64,000 bases of DNA from Amoebidium appalachense (Eukaryota > Protista > Ichthyosporea): positions 9,405,408-9,469,407 of the forward strand of contig CAVNZM010000009.1 of the NCBI GenBank assembly GCA_963693365.1, given 5' to 3'. The translations under genes were made by a program, and so were the position numbers. The stretch's first letter is position 1. Every line of letters begins with the position of its first letter. Shown here piece after piece: positions 32,017 to 60,649 of the stretch. The notes under the pieces are model-generated. The model did no database searches, was not told where the DNA came from, and saw only the letters and a list, made by a program, of their open reading frames with translations.

Positions 32017-32453
32017 ACACACACACACCAAAACAATACAATAACAGTACATGCACGCCCGCACGCCCGCACGCACGCACGCACGCATGCGTACATTCAC
32101 GCACGTAAGCACACACGCATGCATGCGCACGCACGCATGCACGCACGTACTCCTGATTATTATACACGCCAGCCTTACATCTAGGCTTCAAACGGTTCGT
32201 ACTTCAATCCTTTTTTTTTTTTTTTTTTTTTTCCTTTGCTGGTGCTAATTTTTATGTGGCTACTTCCAATTCTTCCTTACGTTTTCTTTTACAACCTGCT
32301 TTGCAAGTAAATTAGGAGGTCTCGGTACATATGAAAGCCAGAATATATGAAGGCCCTCTTTTCCCTACTCCCCCCCACCCACCCCACTGCCTCACACACC
32401 CCCTGCTACTAGAAGGGTCAATCTGTTTCTACTACGCTGCCTTTCCCCCCCCA

Positions 32454-32484
<31 letters not shown>

Positions 32485-33541
32485 GACCTCCACAACCGAC
32501 AACAAAGGTCTAGAGCAGACAGGTTCTTGCTATTTAGGCAACACCATACCATTTGCATCACACCATAAGGTGTATAGATATACTGAATACAAATGAAAAT
32601 GGCACTCGGTGACTCGTATTTTATTGGCTATTGGTCTGAGCCTGTCTGCCCTATGTACAGGTATATATACCGAGTGACCGGGTCACTCCATTTACCTCAC
32701 TAATATATGTATATTAGCTACACCGTAATTCACCCACAGTTCTCTTGGTCTACACTCTGCAAACACAACCGACTGTACAACTGCGGTTACTTGAAGGGCT
32801 TCATGTTTGTATTTAAACGTTTCTAGACCGTTCAAAACGTATGCACATAGACATAGGTGACATGAGAATAGAAATATTTACGTACTTGAGAAACAACGAA
32901 AACAAGGACCAACACACTCTTGAGATGCACAAATTACCCATTTTTTACAGCCCAAACCAGGCGGTGTTAGAAAACGGCAGTCTATGTACAGTGCTGTACA
33001 CCAGGTCAAAATTTTAAAATCACGGCCAGCTATCACACCAGCATTCGTGCAGTTCCAGTATTAAACCACGCACAAATATACACAAAGAAGCAAACCACCA
33101 CCACAAGCACACACAATATTTCTGTGGTAACCGAAATTTCCTTGTGGAAAAAAATAGTTCACAAAATGCGGTGCTCACTTAGACAGACATGTGCTTGCAC
33201 GTGCAGGCATTGAGTTAACCTGCAACAAGTTTATCCATCAATCAAATTCATGTATACAGTATGTTACTATGGTAGCACTATACTGCATCATAAGCTACAC
33301 GGTACCGATATGTAAAACCCCCCCTCCCCCCTCTCCCTCATATACATACCCCTGTTTGCCTTCACAAAACAATGCGGCACGAAGGTTAAGCCAACAAAAC
33401 AGAAATAGTAGAAACAAGCCCACATAAACGCAAAAGTGGGCAGTGACAGCCTAATTTAAGAATCCCCTCATAAGGCGCCCTTAACTGCATCTCGCGTGAA
33501 TGCCGTGTTCTCAGGCCTTGTGCCCCACCGGGCCGAAATTT

Positions 33542-34727
<1,186 letters not shown>

Positions 34728-34769
34728 CTGAGGCGGGGAGAGGGGGGAGGGGGGGGGGGGGGGGGGGTG

Positions 34770-34866
<97 letters not shown>

Positions 34867-34890
34867 GTGTGTGTGCGTGTGTGTGTGTCT

Positions 34891-34968
<78 letters not shown>

Positions 34969-35185
34969 ACGCACACGCGCATGTGCTGAGCGTGCACGCG
35001 TGTGTATGTGTGTATGTGTGTAAGGTGCGATGGAATTTGCTATTTGAAGGCGGAAGCGGCCTCGCCATGGCTGTCGACATAGGGGGAGATGCTGTGCACA
35101 CAGCCTCGGCCATCGTGCAGCAGCAGCATGTGGCACACGTCCACAAGATAGAACATCCCCGTCCCCACATCCCCACCCCCACACC

Positions 35186-36117
35186 TGTTAAATTTTATAA
35201 GTATTTGGGATGTAAGCAGAGACACAGTGGTGCAGTGTGAAAACACCACAGACACACACAACAACAAAACACGGAACGATCGGAGCAGTGTACACAACAG
35301 ACATCAATGTTTAGACACGACTCAACTCAATTTATTTTGATCTCGAATAAATACCTGAAATTCCCTTAAGTTAAATCCATACATGATTTCCGACCAGTCG
35401 GAAATCAGATCTATGTCTAAAATAACCAATCACAATTAACTGATTATTTCCCGGATAGATCCGGAGACACAGGAACGCACACCATAGGTCACAGCTATAA
35501 GAAAGAAATGAGGTGAAGAGTAACGAGGAAAGAGGTGATGTTTCTAACCTATCATCGGCTACAAAGACAGACATTTTCTGACTAAGTCCACTGATTGGAT
35601 ATAGTACGGCAACACACAAAACAAAAGTGGTTGACTAAGCTATGAATCATACCTGACCAGCTAAAGTGTAACCTAAGTGTTTTTCTACCAATCAAAACAT
35701 AACGAGTAATATAAATCTACTCAACGTATATTAGTGAGAGAGAAATATAATTATGTGAAAGGAAACAAGAGAAGAAAGAAAGAGAAAAGAAAGAAGAAGA
35801 AAGAGGAAAAAGAAAAGAAAGCAGGACAGAAAACACGAACATGAAAACACAGTTATAACCGAAGATATTCATGTACACATAACATGTACACGTTTCTCCC
35901 TCACTGGGTAGACTCGTGTACCTATAATCAGTTGCTGTAATCGATATCTAAACACACGAATATAGCCGACACAACACGATTACAAGTACTCAAATACACT
36001 GGAGATCGATGTCATAATTTACGTACAAGGAGCACATCTCTTTCACTAAGTAAATGAATGAAAACATAACACGAACTGAGAAGATCTTACAATATGTAAA
36101 TACTACGTATTACAACA
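35186..36117 (-). repeat. Copia 3' LTR (932 bp)
   Basis: Matches 41024-41957; the only difference seen is a 2-nt indel (AAAGACAGAC vs AAAGACTCAGAC). Confidence 0.96.
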
Positions 36118-36553
36118 TCCCCACTTAAGACTTTGAAGTTTGTGTTATCATATCCCCACTGAACTAGTGAAATCTCCCCACTTGAGAACAGAAACGGAAA
36201 AAAAAATTAAAGTGTGGACTTTTTCCGGGGGGGGGGGGGGGGGGGGGGGGGGGAGAAGGGGGGGAGGGGGGGGGGGAAGGGGGGGGGGAGGGGGGGGAAG
36301 GGGGGGGGGGGGGGGGGGTGGAGGGGGGGGGGGAAAGGAACCGGGGCAAAAACAACGAATATATATAACGTGTATAGTCGGGGTTTGATTAACTGGGTGT
36401 TAAACCAGTGAAAGATAGAGTAGAGTCGCGGTACAGGTCAAACCTTATATATAAACCCTAAGTGGGCATACCCACAAAGGCAATACATATGAAATAATGA
36501 TTATGATAAAGTAAGTAGTAAACATTAGAAAATCACTCTTGAAGTAGGTCGGG

Positions 36554-39500
36554 TCAATCCACAATATCCGGTAAACAAAGTCGAGCACGATGGTGGACAT
36601 GACTCGGGCCGGGGAGGGGTTTGGTGAGGATGTCAGCTAAGTTGTGGGCTGACTCAACGTAGTGGACAACCACGTCCCCACTGGCAATGCAGTCCTTGGT
36701 GTTGTGATACCGGACGGCAATGTGTTTGGTACGGTGCTTGATGCCGGTGGAGTTGACGATGGCAATGGTCGACTGGTTGTCACAGTACACCGGAGTCGGA
36801 GCAAGCATGGGACAGCCGAGTTCCTTGAAGAGGTCACGGACCCAAGCAACGTCTTGGGTGCCAGCATTGAGAGCAATCAGCTCAGCTTCAGTGGTGCTGG
36901 TGGCCGTGATGGGCTGGAGCTTGGAGTACCAGATGATAGGCATACCAGCAAACTCGATAATGTAGCCGGTGGTAGACTTCTTGCTGTCGGCACAACCAGC
37001 AAAGTCAGCATCCGTGTAGCATTCGAGTATGGGGGACTGGGTGGCCGAGTACTTGTAGTCAATGCCAAGGTCAATGGTGCCGAGCAGGTACCGGGCCACA
37101 CGATGGAGAAGGTCCCAGTGAGTCTTGCCGGGGTTGGTGCCGAACCGACCAAGGAAGCCGATGGCATAGGCAATGTCGGGACGTGTGCACCGTGCCACCC
37201 AGAGGAGACGGCCGAGTAACTCACGGTAGGGCACGGTGAACGGTTGGGGGGGGCAGTCAGCCAGGGAGACGGTGGTGCCTGCAGGGATGGGGGTAGACTT
37301 GGACTTGGCATCGGTGAGGTTGAAGTCGTGGATGATATCCATGATGTAAGACCTCTGGTGCATGTGGAGGTGATGGGGATCAGAGTGATTAAAATCAACA
37401 CCGAGCATACGGTCAAATGGACTCATACGACAGCTGGCCATCTTGCTGATGTGGGCAGCCAGGTCACTGGCAGCAGTAGAACCCCGGGTGTTGGTGATGG
37501 TGGAGTCGTCGACGTAGTTACCAGCCCGTACCACATCGTTGTTGGGGAAGAACCGGAGGTAGATACACGGGTCGGTCTTAGTACGGGTCAGGCCATGGGC
37601 AAGAAGAATGCCGTCGAGGAAGTCGTACCAAGCCTTGGAGGCTTGCTTGAGGCCGTACAGGGCTTTCTTGAGTCTCCAGACCTTGCCAAGTGTGGCCATG
37701 GTGATGAATCCCGGGGGTTGTTTCATGTAGATGGTCTCGGTGAGTGGGTTGTTGAGAAAGGCCGTAGACACGTCGAGTTGATGGATGTCATGACCTTCAA
37801 CAACGGCCAGAGCTAGGATGGCACGGAGAGCAGCCGGACGGATGACAGGGCTCTCAATCAACTCATAGTCAACACCGTATTGCTGACTGAAGCCTTGAGC
37901 AACACCACGTGCCTTGATCTTGGTGTCACCAGCTGAGTTGAGAGTTTTCTCGGAGACAATCCACTTGAAGCCGACGATGTTAGCACCAGGGGGAGGGTCA
38001 ACAAGTTCAAAGATGTCTTTGTCGACGAAGGCTTGATACTCAGCAGTCAGGGCTGACTTGACCTGGTCACCATTGGGTCCGGAACACAGTTGACGGACAA
38101 GTTTGGGTAGTTGGTCGATGTTGATGGGGGGACCGGGGGGGACTGGGAGGGTGGTGGTGGCTTGAAGTCCAACCTTGCCCTGTAGACGGGCAGAACGACG
38201 GGGTGCAGGAACCGGGGGAGGTGGAGACGGTGGGGGGGGAACTTGGAAGTTCGGAAGTGCAGGGGGGGCAACCTCCGGGCTGGACGGGGCCGAGTGGAAG
38301 TGGTCGGGGGAGCCGGGTCGGATGGGTGTGACGTTGCCAGGGGCAGGATGAGGGTCGGCAGGCTGGACGGGCACGGGGGCAGGGGGGCCGGTGGGGGGGG
38401 GTGTCGGGGGGAACTACGATGGCAGGAGGGGGGCCAGAGTACACCAGACAAACGTCATCTTCAGTGTCAACTGTGGGGGGTGGTGTGGTCGAGGTAGCAG
38501 TGGTGTCGGGGGTCGGAAGTGTTGATGGAAGGTCGGACGGGAGATAAGCTGATTCGTCGAAAATCACATCACGGAAGAGGCCGACACGATGGGTGGTGGG
38601 ATTGAAGATCCGGTGGCAGTGTGATTGAAGATCATAGCCGATATACATGCCGAGTTTGACGGTGGGGGCCAGCTTGTTCCGTTTAGAGGCTGGCACGTGA
38701 GTGTAGGCAGGGCAACCGAACACTTTGAGCTCGGAGATGTCGGGCTTGACACCGTAGAAAACCTCGAATGGTGTACGACCATTGGCAGTCGTGGACGGGG
38801 TGACGTTGATGATGTAGGCGGCATGTTGGAGGGCCTCAGCCCACAGTTTGGGGGACAGAGACTGATCTTGGACTTGATGGAGGAGGCAACGGACAATCTC
38901 TTGGAGGAACCGCATACGACGTTCAACATAGCCGTTCAGTTGAGGGCAGTCCACCGGAGCATAGCTGGCCTTGATGCCCTGGGAGAGGCAAAAAGCACGG
39001 GTAGCCTTGGAGGTGAACTCAAAGCCGGAGTCGAAGTGGTAGACACCAACTTTGGAGGGGGCATGGGTGGCAACGAGGTTGGTGTGAGCTGTGAGAATGT
39101 CCAGGGTGGTGGTACGGTCGGCCATCGGGTAGATCTTGACGAGTCCAGAGGCACGGCAGACAGTGACGAGAGCAACCTTGGAACCTCCGTACGATGTTGT
39201 GGTAGGCTCAAAAAAATCCCAATGCCATTCATGACCGGGGATGTTGGAGTGAGGACGGTCACCCTTGAATGGAGCCTTGGTGGTTTTACCCATAATGCAG
39301 CCATGACAATCAGGAACATCACAGTCGAGGACAGACGAGGGGAGACCAATAACAAGGTCGTGTTTCACCATGTCCTTGATGCTGGTCATAGCACGGTGCC
39401 CCAGACGATGGTGCCAGATGGATGGGTTAACACTGGTAGTGGCAGCCAGAGCCACAGGACGAGTGGGTGGTTGAATGGTGTAGTCCTTGAAGTAATACAG

Positions 39501-40961
39501 ACCGTTGTGTAGACGGAGGTTGACGAGATGACGGCCGGTGAGTCGGTCGAAGAGGAATGACGGAGTGGAGGCATCGTTCAAATCACCCTTGATGTATTCG
39601 GCAGCAGCTTGGGATGTTGAAATGAGGAAGGCTTGGCCAGACGGGGTGTAGTAGGCTTCAATGGTAAGGGTGGCAGTGCCATGGTCGGTGGTGGTGTTGA
39701 TGACGATATGGCCGGTGTGAGTGGCCAAGACGGGGGTGCCATTGAAGGCAGCAACGGGAGTCGGTGTCGGAAGGGGAGTGAGGTCATGGAAGAACTCACG
39801 GGTGGGGCAGACAGTCATGTTGCACCCGGAATCCCAGGCAGGGTCGGGGGACACGGGGACGGAGCTAGCATTGTATGCCGAGAAAGCAAAGGAGACAGAT
39901 TTCTCACTGCCTTGACGGGAACGGTTGTGTCTGGACATACGGCATTTCGGCTCAGGGCAATCGATGATCGTGTGATCAGGCTCGTGGCAGTAGGAGCATT
40001 CTTTCACGGACGGGGTGTTAGAACGAGCCGGGGAATCAGAACGACGGGAACCCGAGAAACGGGAACGACTGGGGGAACGAGACGTGGACCGGAAGGCAGG
40101 CCGGTGGGGGGAACGGGATCGGGTGTGCTGACGGGAGAGACGAGTTCGGAGGTCCGTACCAGGGGTACGGTCAAGTCGGTTGCGTAAGTCACGGCGAGGA
40201 AGATCACGGGGGGGAGCACTGGCATTTAATGCCATGCTGGACTTGGAGGCACGGTGGGCACGGTTGCTCCGGAGTTGCATCTTGAGGTCTTGACGTAACT
40301 CGATGCCCTTGACGTGGTTGTGGAGGGACTCGAAGTCGGGGAATAGCTTATCACCGAAGTGATAGTCTTCGATAAGACGGTTGAACTCAGGGGTGAGGTC
40401 GTCTCTGGTGGTGAGTTCATTGAAGAACTTCTCAGCTAGACGAGTGAAGTGAATGGACTCATCTTGAAGAGACTGGAGCTGGTTCACGATGGTCTGCAGA
40501 CGGCTCAGGTAGGTGGTGAATGATTCACCGGGCTGAAGGGCACAGGCATCCCACTGACGGTGAAGGATGCGGATCTGATCGGGTTTGCCTTGGAGATAGT
40601 GTTGACGGAATTTCCACATGGCCCGTTCAGGGTCCATGCCAATACGGTACTGGGCAACGGTGGTGAGGACGGAAGGGTCGATGTTCTGTATCATATGGAG
40701 CAGGAGGCAATTGCGGGCCTCCTTGAGTTCCGCGGTAGTGCCGTAGCCATAGAAGGGGGGTTCACCGTCAACCGCGACGGTGGTAGGGGGGACGTAGTTG
40801 TCAGCAAGTACAACATCCACGAGTCGGACACCTTTAGTGCCGGTCATCATGCCGAGAAAAATGATTTCCCATTGAAAATAGGTGGTTTTGCTATCGGGAC
40901 CAGTCTTCCCTTCACCTTTCCACATGGTGATTTTGTTTACGCCAGTTTTGTTGGGATCCAT
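36554..40961 (-). CDS. Copia gag-pol polyprotein (one frameshift in a G/C homopolymer region ~38390)
   Basis: ATG at 40961; CSYCHEPDHTIIDC knuckle; WDSGC protease; WHHRLGH and CHGCIMGK; HWD...DSGFEF...NGYVERR integrase; KARGVAQG, LDVSTAFLN, LYGLKQA, YVDD RT; YTDADFAG, TEAEL, CDN RNase H. IN-before-RT order. Confidence 0.95.
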
Positions 40962-41023
40962 GATTGAAAAACGAGCGCTAGTTCTAGATGTGTGGAGGGA
41001 GCGTGCAAAAGGGCTGCATAACC

Positions 41024-41957
41024 TGTTAAATTTTATAAGTATTTGGGATGTAAGCAGAGACACAGTGGTGCAGTGTGAAAACACCACAGACACACACAAC
41101 AACAAAACACGGAACGATCGGAGCAGTGTACACAACAGACATCAATGTTTAGACACGACTCAACTCAATTTATTTTGATCTCGAATAAATACCTGAAATT
41201 CCCTTAAGTTAAATCCATACATGATTTCCGACCAGTCGGAAATCAGATCTATGTCTAAAATAACCAATCACAATTAACTGATTATTTCCCGGATAGATCC
41301 GGAGACACAGGAACGCACACCATAGGTCACAGCTATAAGAAAGAAATGAGGTGAAGAGTAACGAGGAAAGAGGTGATGTTTCTAACCTATCATCGGCTAC
41401 AAAGACTCAGACATTTTCTGACTAAGTCCACTGATTGGATATAGTACGGCAACACACAAAACAAAAGTGGTTGACTAAGCTATGAATCATACCTGACCAG
41501 CTAAAGTGTAACCTAAGTGTTTTTCTACCAATCAAAACATAACGAGTAATATAAATCTACTCAACGTATATTAGTGAGAGAGAAATATAATTATGTGAAA
41601 GGAAACAAGAGAAGAAAGAAAGAGAAAAGAAAGAAGAAGAAAGAGGAAAAAGAAAAGAAAGCAGGACAGAAAACACGAACATGAAAACACAGTTATAACC
41701 GAAGATATTCATGTACACATAACATGTACACGTTTCTCCCTCACTGGGTAGACTCGTGTACCTATAATCAGTTGCTGTAATCGATATCTAAACACACGAA
41801 TATAGCCGACACAACACGATTACAAGTACTCAAATACACTGGAGATCGATGTCATAATTTACGTACAAGGAGCACATCTCTTTCACTAAGTAAATGAATG
41901 AAAACATAACACGAACTGAGAAGATCTTACAATATGTAAATACTACGTATTACAACA
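41024..41957 (-). repeat. Copia 5' LTR (934 bp)
   Basis: Direct repeat of 35186-36117, adjacent to the PBS. Confidence 0.96.
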
Positions 41958-42376
41958 ACACCTGCACGTTCAGGTCCGTCAGAAGACCTCGCCTTCACAC
42001 ATAGCTTATGATCCCACCAGGTTCATGTCCCACCGATCATCCCCCCCCCCCCCCCCCCCCCCCTCTTTCTCACCCGAATCCGATATTTCCAACCGTGGCA
42101 ATCCCCAAACCTGACCACTGACAAGAAAACCACACATGGCTCAACAATATATATGCACACAGACACACATGTACATGCCAGTACCAACCTAAGCAAATAC
42201 ACAAGGCCACAAAATCAAACAGAAAACAATCCCTTTCACTCGGCTCAACCCACTCTCCACCGTACCCCACTTTCACCAACCGCTGATACTACACCCGCAC
42301 AGACACACCGCGCACACACACTAAAACAGACACACACAAACACACGAACACACCCACCACCCACCCATTCGCACGT

Positions 42377-43093
42377 GCAGTTGAAGCGTGCTGGGCCCAT
42401 AACCTGTTGTTTTGTACGGGTCTAAGGGAGCAGAGTGCCGTGACAGAGGTGTCATGTAAAACACGACCAACACCAACACAATAAAGTCACTTATCATCTT
42501 ATCTCAACTAAAAGAAGAGAACAAATCGGTTTCTTCCGATGATTGAAAAATACATTCCAACAGAGTATACGCATTCCAACTTCCGACACAACTGAAGCTT
42601 AGAAACTCTTACTTAAATAACGTAAAGTAAAGTAAATCATACAACTTGTCACTATTAATACACATATATACTTATACTCGTCTCTATAAAGAAACTCATC
42701 TAAATACATATACTCCCTAATAGTCGACACTCACAAAGTGAAGACATATCACGATAAAACGAATTGCAGACATATCTAATGTGTCCAATCATAACACGTA
42801 TATTAATAGACAGGAATGCACATCACGATCTACAGATGTACTCACTCGCGTCTATTGGTGAGTCATCTTATTCTGAACTATAACTAAACTACTTTGAACT
42901 AAAACAAAGACAACGAATATAGCTAGCCAATCACATTACTTCTCAGATAAACAGAGGAGAGCAAACACAGATATAATGCAATAAGTCCTATCAGGCAAGG
43001 GAGCCAGGTGTGCACAGGTCTACAGATATCCATGCACACAGAAACAAGGGAGAGAGAGATAGGGGGGGGGAGGGAGGGGGGGGAGGGGGGGAG

Positions 43094-43139
<46 letters not shown>

Positions 43140-43260
43140 AGAAAAAGGGAGAGAAGGGGGAGAGCACAAAGAAGGAGAGCAGACACGAATACAAACAAGG
43201 CTAAGACACACACACATACTTCAAGACTCTTGCTGTCCTACGTAGTGACGTATTCCACCA
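42377..43260 (-). mobile_element. LTR of a third (copia-type) family at 42405-43260 with attached tRNA-iMet-matching sequence and no internal region
   Basis: Begins TGTTG, homologous over ~850 bp to the inverted copy at 45140-45999. Preceded by GAAGCGTGCTGGGCCCATAACC. Confidence 0.85.
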
Positions 43261-43605
43261 CCCACACCCACACCCACACCCACACCCACACAAACATTCC
43301 CACCCACTGTACACCCACACACCCACACCCACACCCACCCAACCCACACGCACGCACGCACGCACCCACCCACCCATTCACACCCGACCACACCCACCCA
43401 CACCCAAACAACATGCACCCACCCTAAATGCACACCTGCAGCCTCTTGCATGGACCGTGCACAGTGTCGGAGACCCACCGGGCCTGTGCATAGTCCCCCT
43501 CCAGCAGAGTGGCTAGTGGGGGCAGGTGGAGGGCAGCACCCAGCATGTGGTACTCGTCTTCGTGGGTGAGCTCCTCATCGACTATGTGTGTGTGTGTACG
43601 TGTGT

Positions 43606-43745
<140 letters not shown>

Positions 43746-45139
43746 GCGTGTGTGTGCGTACGTGTGCGCACGTGTGTGCGTAAGTGCAGGTGGGTTCACC
43801 TTCATGCGTGCATGCATGTGTGTGTGTGGTTGTGGTGGTGGGGGTTTCAAAGAACTTGGACAAAGGGAATGTTTGGGGGAGGGGGGGGGGGGGGGGGGGG
43901 GGCAAGATTAGAGCCCGATGGAAGATCGACAGTGAAAGGTCATTAACCTCTACAGGACCGGACTAATTGATTCTACCGGCTACCGGCTCCCTGTAGGGAC
44001 CTAAACAGCTGTGCTTTTGCGGCTCAAAATCCCTACAAAAACCCCAAATAAATTGTAAATGTCGACAGGTATATATATGTCTTACCTACATACGTTACTA
44101 CAATGGTTTGGGGGAAAATATCATTATTTCGTATACTTTTATACCTGTTTCTAAAGTTACTTTCAAAATTCCTAGAAAATATTTGAGTTTCCATCGAATG
44201 TCGACTGATTTCCCAATGGTCCAATCCGAAGATTGCATTGACAGCATTCCCGTGTCGTCATTGACTAGTCAAGCCGGCAAGCACCCTTTGTAGATACACC
44301 ATATACAGCATATCGTTATTAGAGTAAAGTTCAATTTATAAGGATAAGTGTATATTCAGATCTCGCGCTATTTTTATTTGGCTATTTCCTATCAACTTTA
44401 TGTTCACATTAGAGCACAAACTCACTTATGTCGATATCAGTTGACTAGACGTCGATCTCGTGAAAATTACGGATCTGAACAGGTTGATGTGTAACATCCG
44501 GCCGGAATCGTGGAAGAGGGGGGAAATGATCTCCATCTACGATCAATTTTTATGTTTATTAATATATAAGAAAGGGAATCCGGAGTGCAGTAGGAAGGGG
44601 GGCGGGAGGGAGGGGGAATCATGGCTGGCAGACAGGCAGGAATAAATGGTCTTCTCTAAAAAACTGCTTTTTATGTGACTTCAGCCCCTCTCTCTCTCCA
44701 CTCTCCCTCTCCCTCTCCCTCCCCCCCTCCCCCTCCCCCCCCCCTCCCTCTCTCTCTCTCCCTCTCTCTCTTTCTCTCTCTCTCCCCCTCCCCCCCCCCC
44801 CCCCCCCCCCACTCACAAAAAAAAAAAATCAACTTGCCATTTCCTTCCCCATTCCCATCACTACCAGCACCAGCACCACACTCCTGTGCACAGCTTCTCT
44901 TTCCTTATATATATATTTTATTATACTTTTTATTTAATTTTTACCTCTTTAACTTTTTTTGTGTGTTTGGGGGGGAGGGGGGAGGGGGGGCTGGTTTCAC
45001 CTTCAGGAAGACCTACGGTGTCCATTTGTAGTATTCGGGCACGGGCACGTAGAGAGCTCCTGTGATCTACAACTTAGTAGTAAGCACACATACAACCACA
45101 CTAAAACACACACACACACACACATACACACACACATCC

Positions 45140-45999
45140 CGTTGGAATACGTCACTACGTAGGACAGCAAGAGCCTTGAAGTATTTGTATGTGTCTAGCT
45201 TTGCTTGTACACGTGTCTTGTTTTCTCCTTTGTGCTCTCTTCCTCTCCCTCCCCCCCCTCCCCCCTCCCCCCCCCCCCCCCCGTATCTCTCTCTCTCCCT
45301 TGTTTCTGTATGCACAGATATCTGTAGATCTGTGCACACCTGGCTCTCTTGCCTGATAGAAATTATTGTATTTTATTTGTGTTTGCTTTGCTCTGTTTAT
45401 CTGAGAAGTAGCGTGATTGGCTAGCTATCTTCGTTGTCTTTGTTTTAGTTCAAAGTAGTTTCGTTTTAGTTCACAATAGGATGACTCACTAATAGACGCG
45501 AGTGAGTACATCTATAGATCGTGATGTGCATTCCTGTCTATTATTATACGTGTTATGATTGGACACAATAGATATGTTTGGAATTCGTTTTATCATAACG
45601 TGTCCTCACTTTGAGAGTGTCAACTATTAGGAAATATATGTACTTAGATGAGTTTCTTTATAGAGACGAGTATAAGTATATATGTGTATTAATAGTGACA
45701 AGATGTATAATTATTTACGTTATTTAAGTAAGAGTTTCTAAGCTTCAGTTATGTCGGAAGTTGGAATGCGTATGCTCTGTTGGAATGTATTTTTCTATCA
45801 TCTGATAGAATCGATTGGTTCTCTTCTTTTAGTTGAGATAAGATGTACAAAAAGACCCGAGAGCACAATAAAAGGTCAGTTGTTGTTGAAATCTTTCAAG
45901 TGTCGTGAACAACTCCGATTGCCCTCTCTTTATTATGTTGGTCTTGTTTTACATGACGCCTCTGTGCACTCTGCTCCCTTAGACCCGTACACAACAACA
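45140..45999 (+). mobile_element. Solo LTR of the third family
   Basis: (C)GTTGG...CAACA ends, 5-bp TSD CATCC (45135-45139; 46000-46004), diverged inverted homolog of 42405-43260. Confidence 0.9.
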
Positions 46000-46189
46000 C
46001 ATCCTGCCATTTTAATACTCGAACCCCTTCCCCCCACACACATACACACCCACACACCCACAAACACCCAACGAACACGTACACATCAGCACGCACGCTC
46101 GCACGGCCGCACCGGCGCACACGTGCGTAGCTGCATTGCCGACTTTCCTCGAGATGTGTTATTGTGTGTGTGTGTGTGTGTGTGCGTGT

Positions 46190-46229
<40 letters not shown>

Positions 46230-46510
46230 ATGTGTGTGTGCGTATGTGTGTGTGTGTGTGTGTGTGTATGCGTGTGTGTGTGCGTGTGTGTGCGTGTGTG
46301 TGTGTGTGTATGTGACTTTGTGTGTGTGTGTGTCTGTGTGTGTGTGCGCGTGCAGGCGTGTACAGTGCGTGAGTGCGTGAGTGCGTGTGTGTGTGGCGGT
46401 GTGTGTGTATGTGTGTGTGTGTGTGTGTGTACGCGAACGCGCGTGCGCACGTGTGCAGGCGTGTACGGTGCGTGAGTGTGTGTGTGTATGTGTGTCACGG
46501 TGTGTGTGGC

Positions 46511-46606
<96 letters not shown>

Positions 46607-47266
46607 TCGTTTCATAAGGGGCACATTGGGGGAGGGGGGGAAAGGGGGGAGGAGGACCAAAAAGTGCGGAGGGGAGGGGGGGGGGGATGGGTGATGATTG
46701 ATGTGTTGAGAGGGGTGATAATTGATGCGCTAGCATTTTATTATAGTAGCAACAGAAATGTGCCAGTATTGGTTAATTAAATCACGGTTGTCACTACAGC
46801 CTTGCATAAGATTAAATATTGGTAATCACTTCCACAAACTTTAAACAATGTCATCGCCGGTGTTAAAGTATAGACGTATTTGCTCGGATTTTCAATTGCG
46901 CGGCCTTTTTTCTAGATCAACTAATTTTTTTTTTGTAGAGCTGTTGACTTATTAAAAACACTGACTCAGCTTCGTGACTTTGTGGTTATACTGCAAATAC
47001 ATGCTCGTGGCCATAGATACTTTATGATGCATAGGTCCTGGTTTGCTGATCTAAGATGATGATGCTTCATGCGTCAGCGCTGGCTAACTGGCTCCTCATC
47101 TCATCCTTGAGGGTTTCGTAGATGCTTTCGTAATCCGGGAGCGGGTCGAGCTAAGACGATAATGCTTCTTGCGTCGGCGCTGGCTAACTGGCTCCTCATC
47201 TCATCCTTGAGGGTTTCGTAGATGCTTTCGTACTCCGGGAGCGGGTCGAGCTAAGATGATAGTGCT

Positions 47267-60649
<13,383 letters not shown>

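Larger units (their letters stand above)
35186..41957 (-). mobile_element. Ty1/copia LTR retrotransposon, full length and recent
   Basis: LTRs 35186-36117 and 41024-41957 (TG...CA), 5-bp TSD ACACC (35181-35185; 41958-41962), PPT AAGTGGGGA at 36118-36126, PBS GGTTATGCAGCCC at 41023-41011. Confidence 0.98.
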
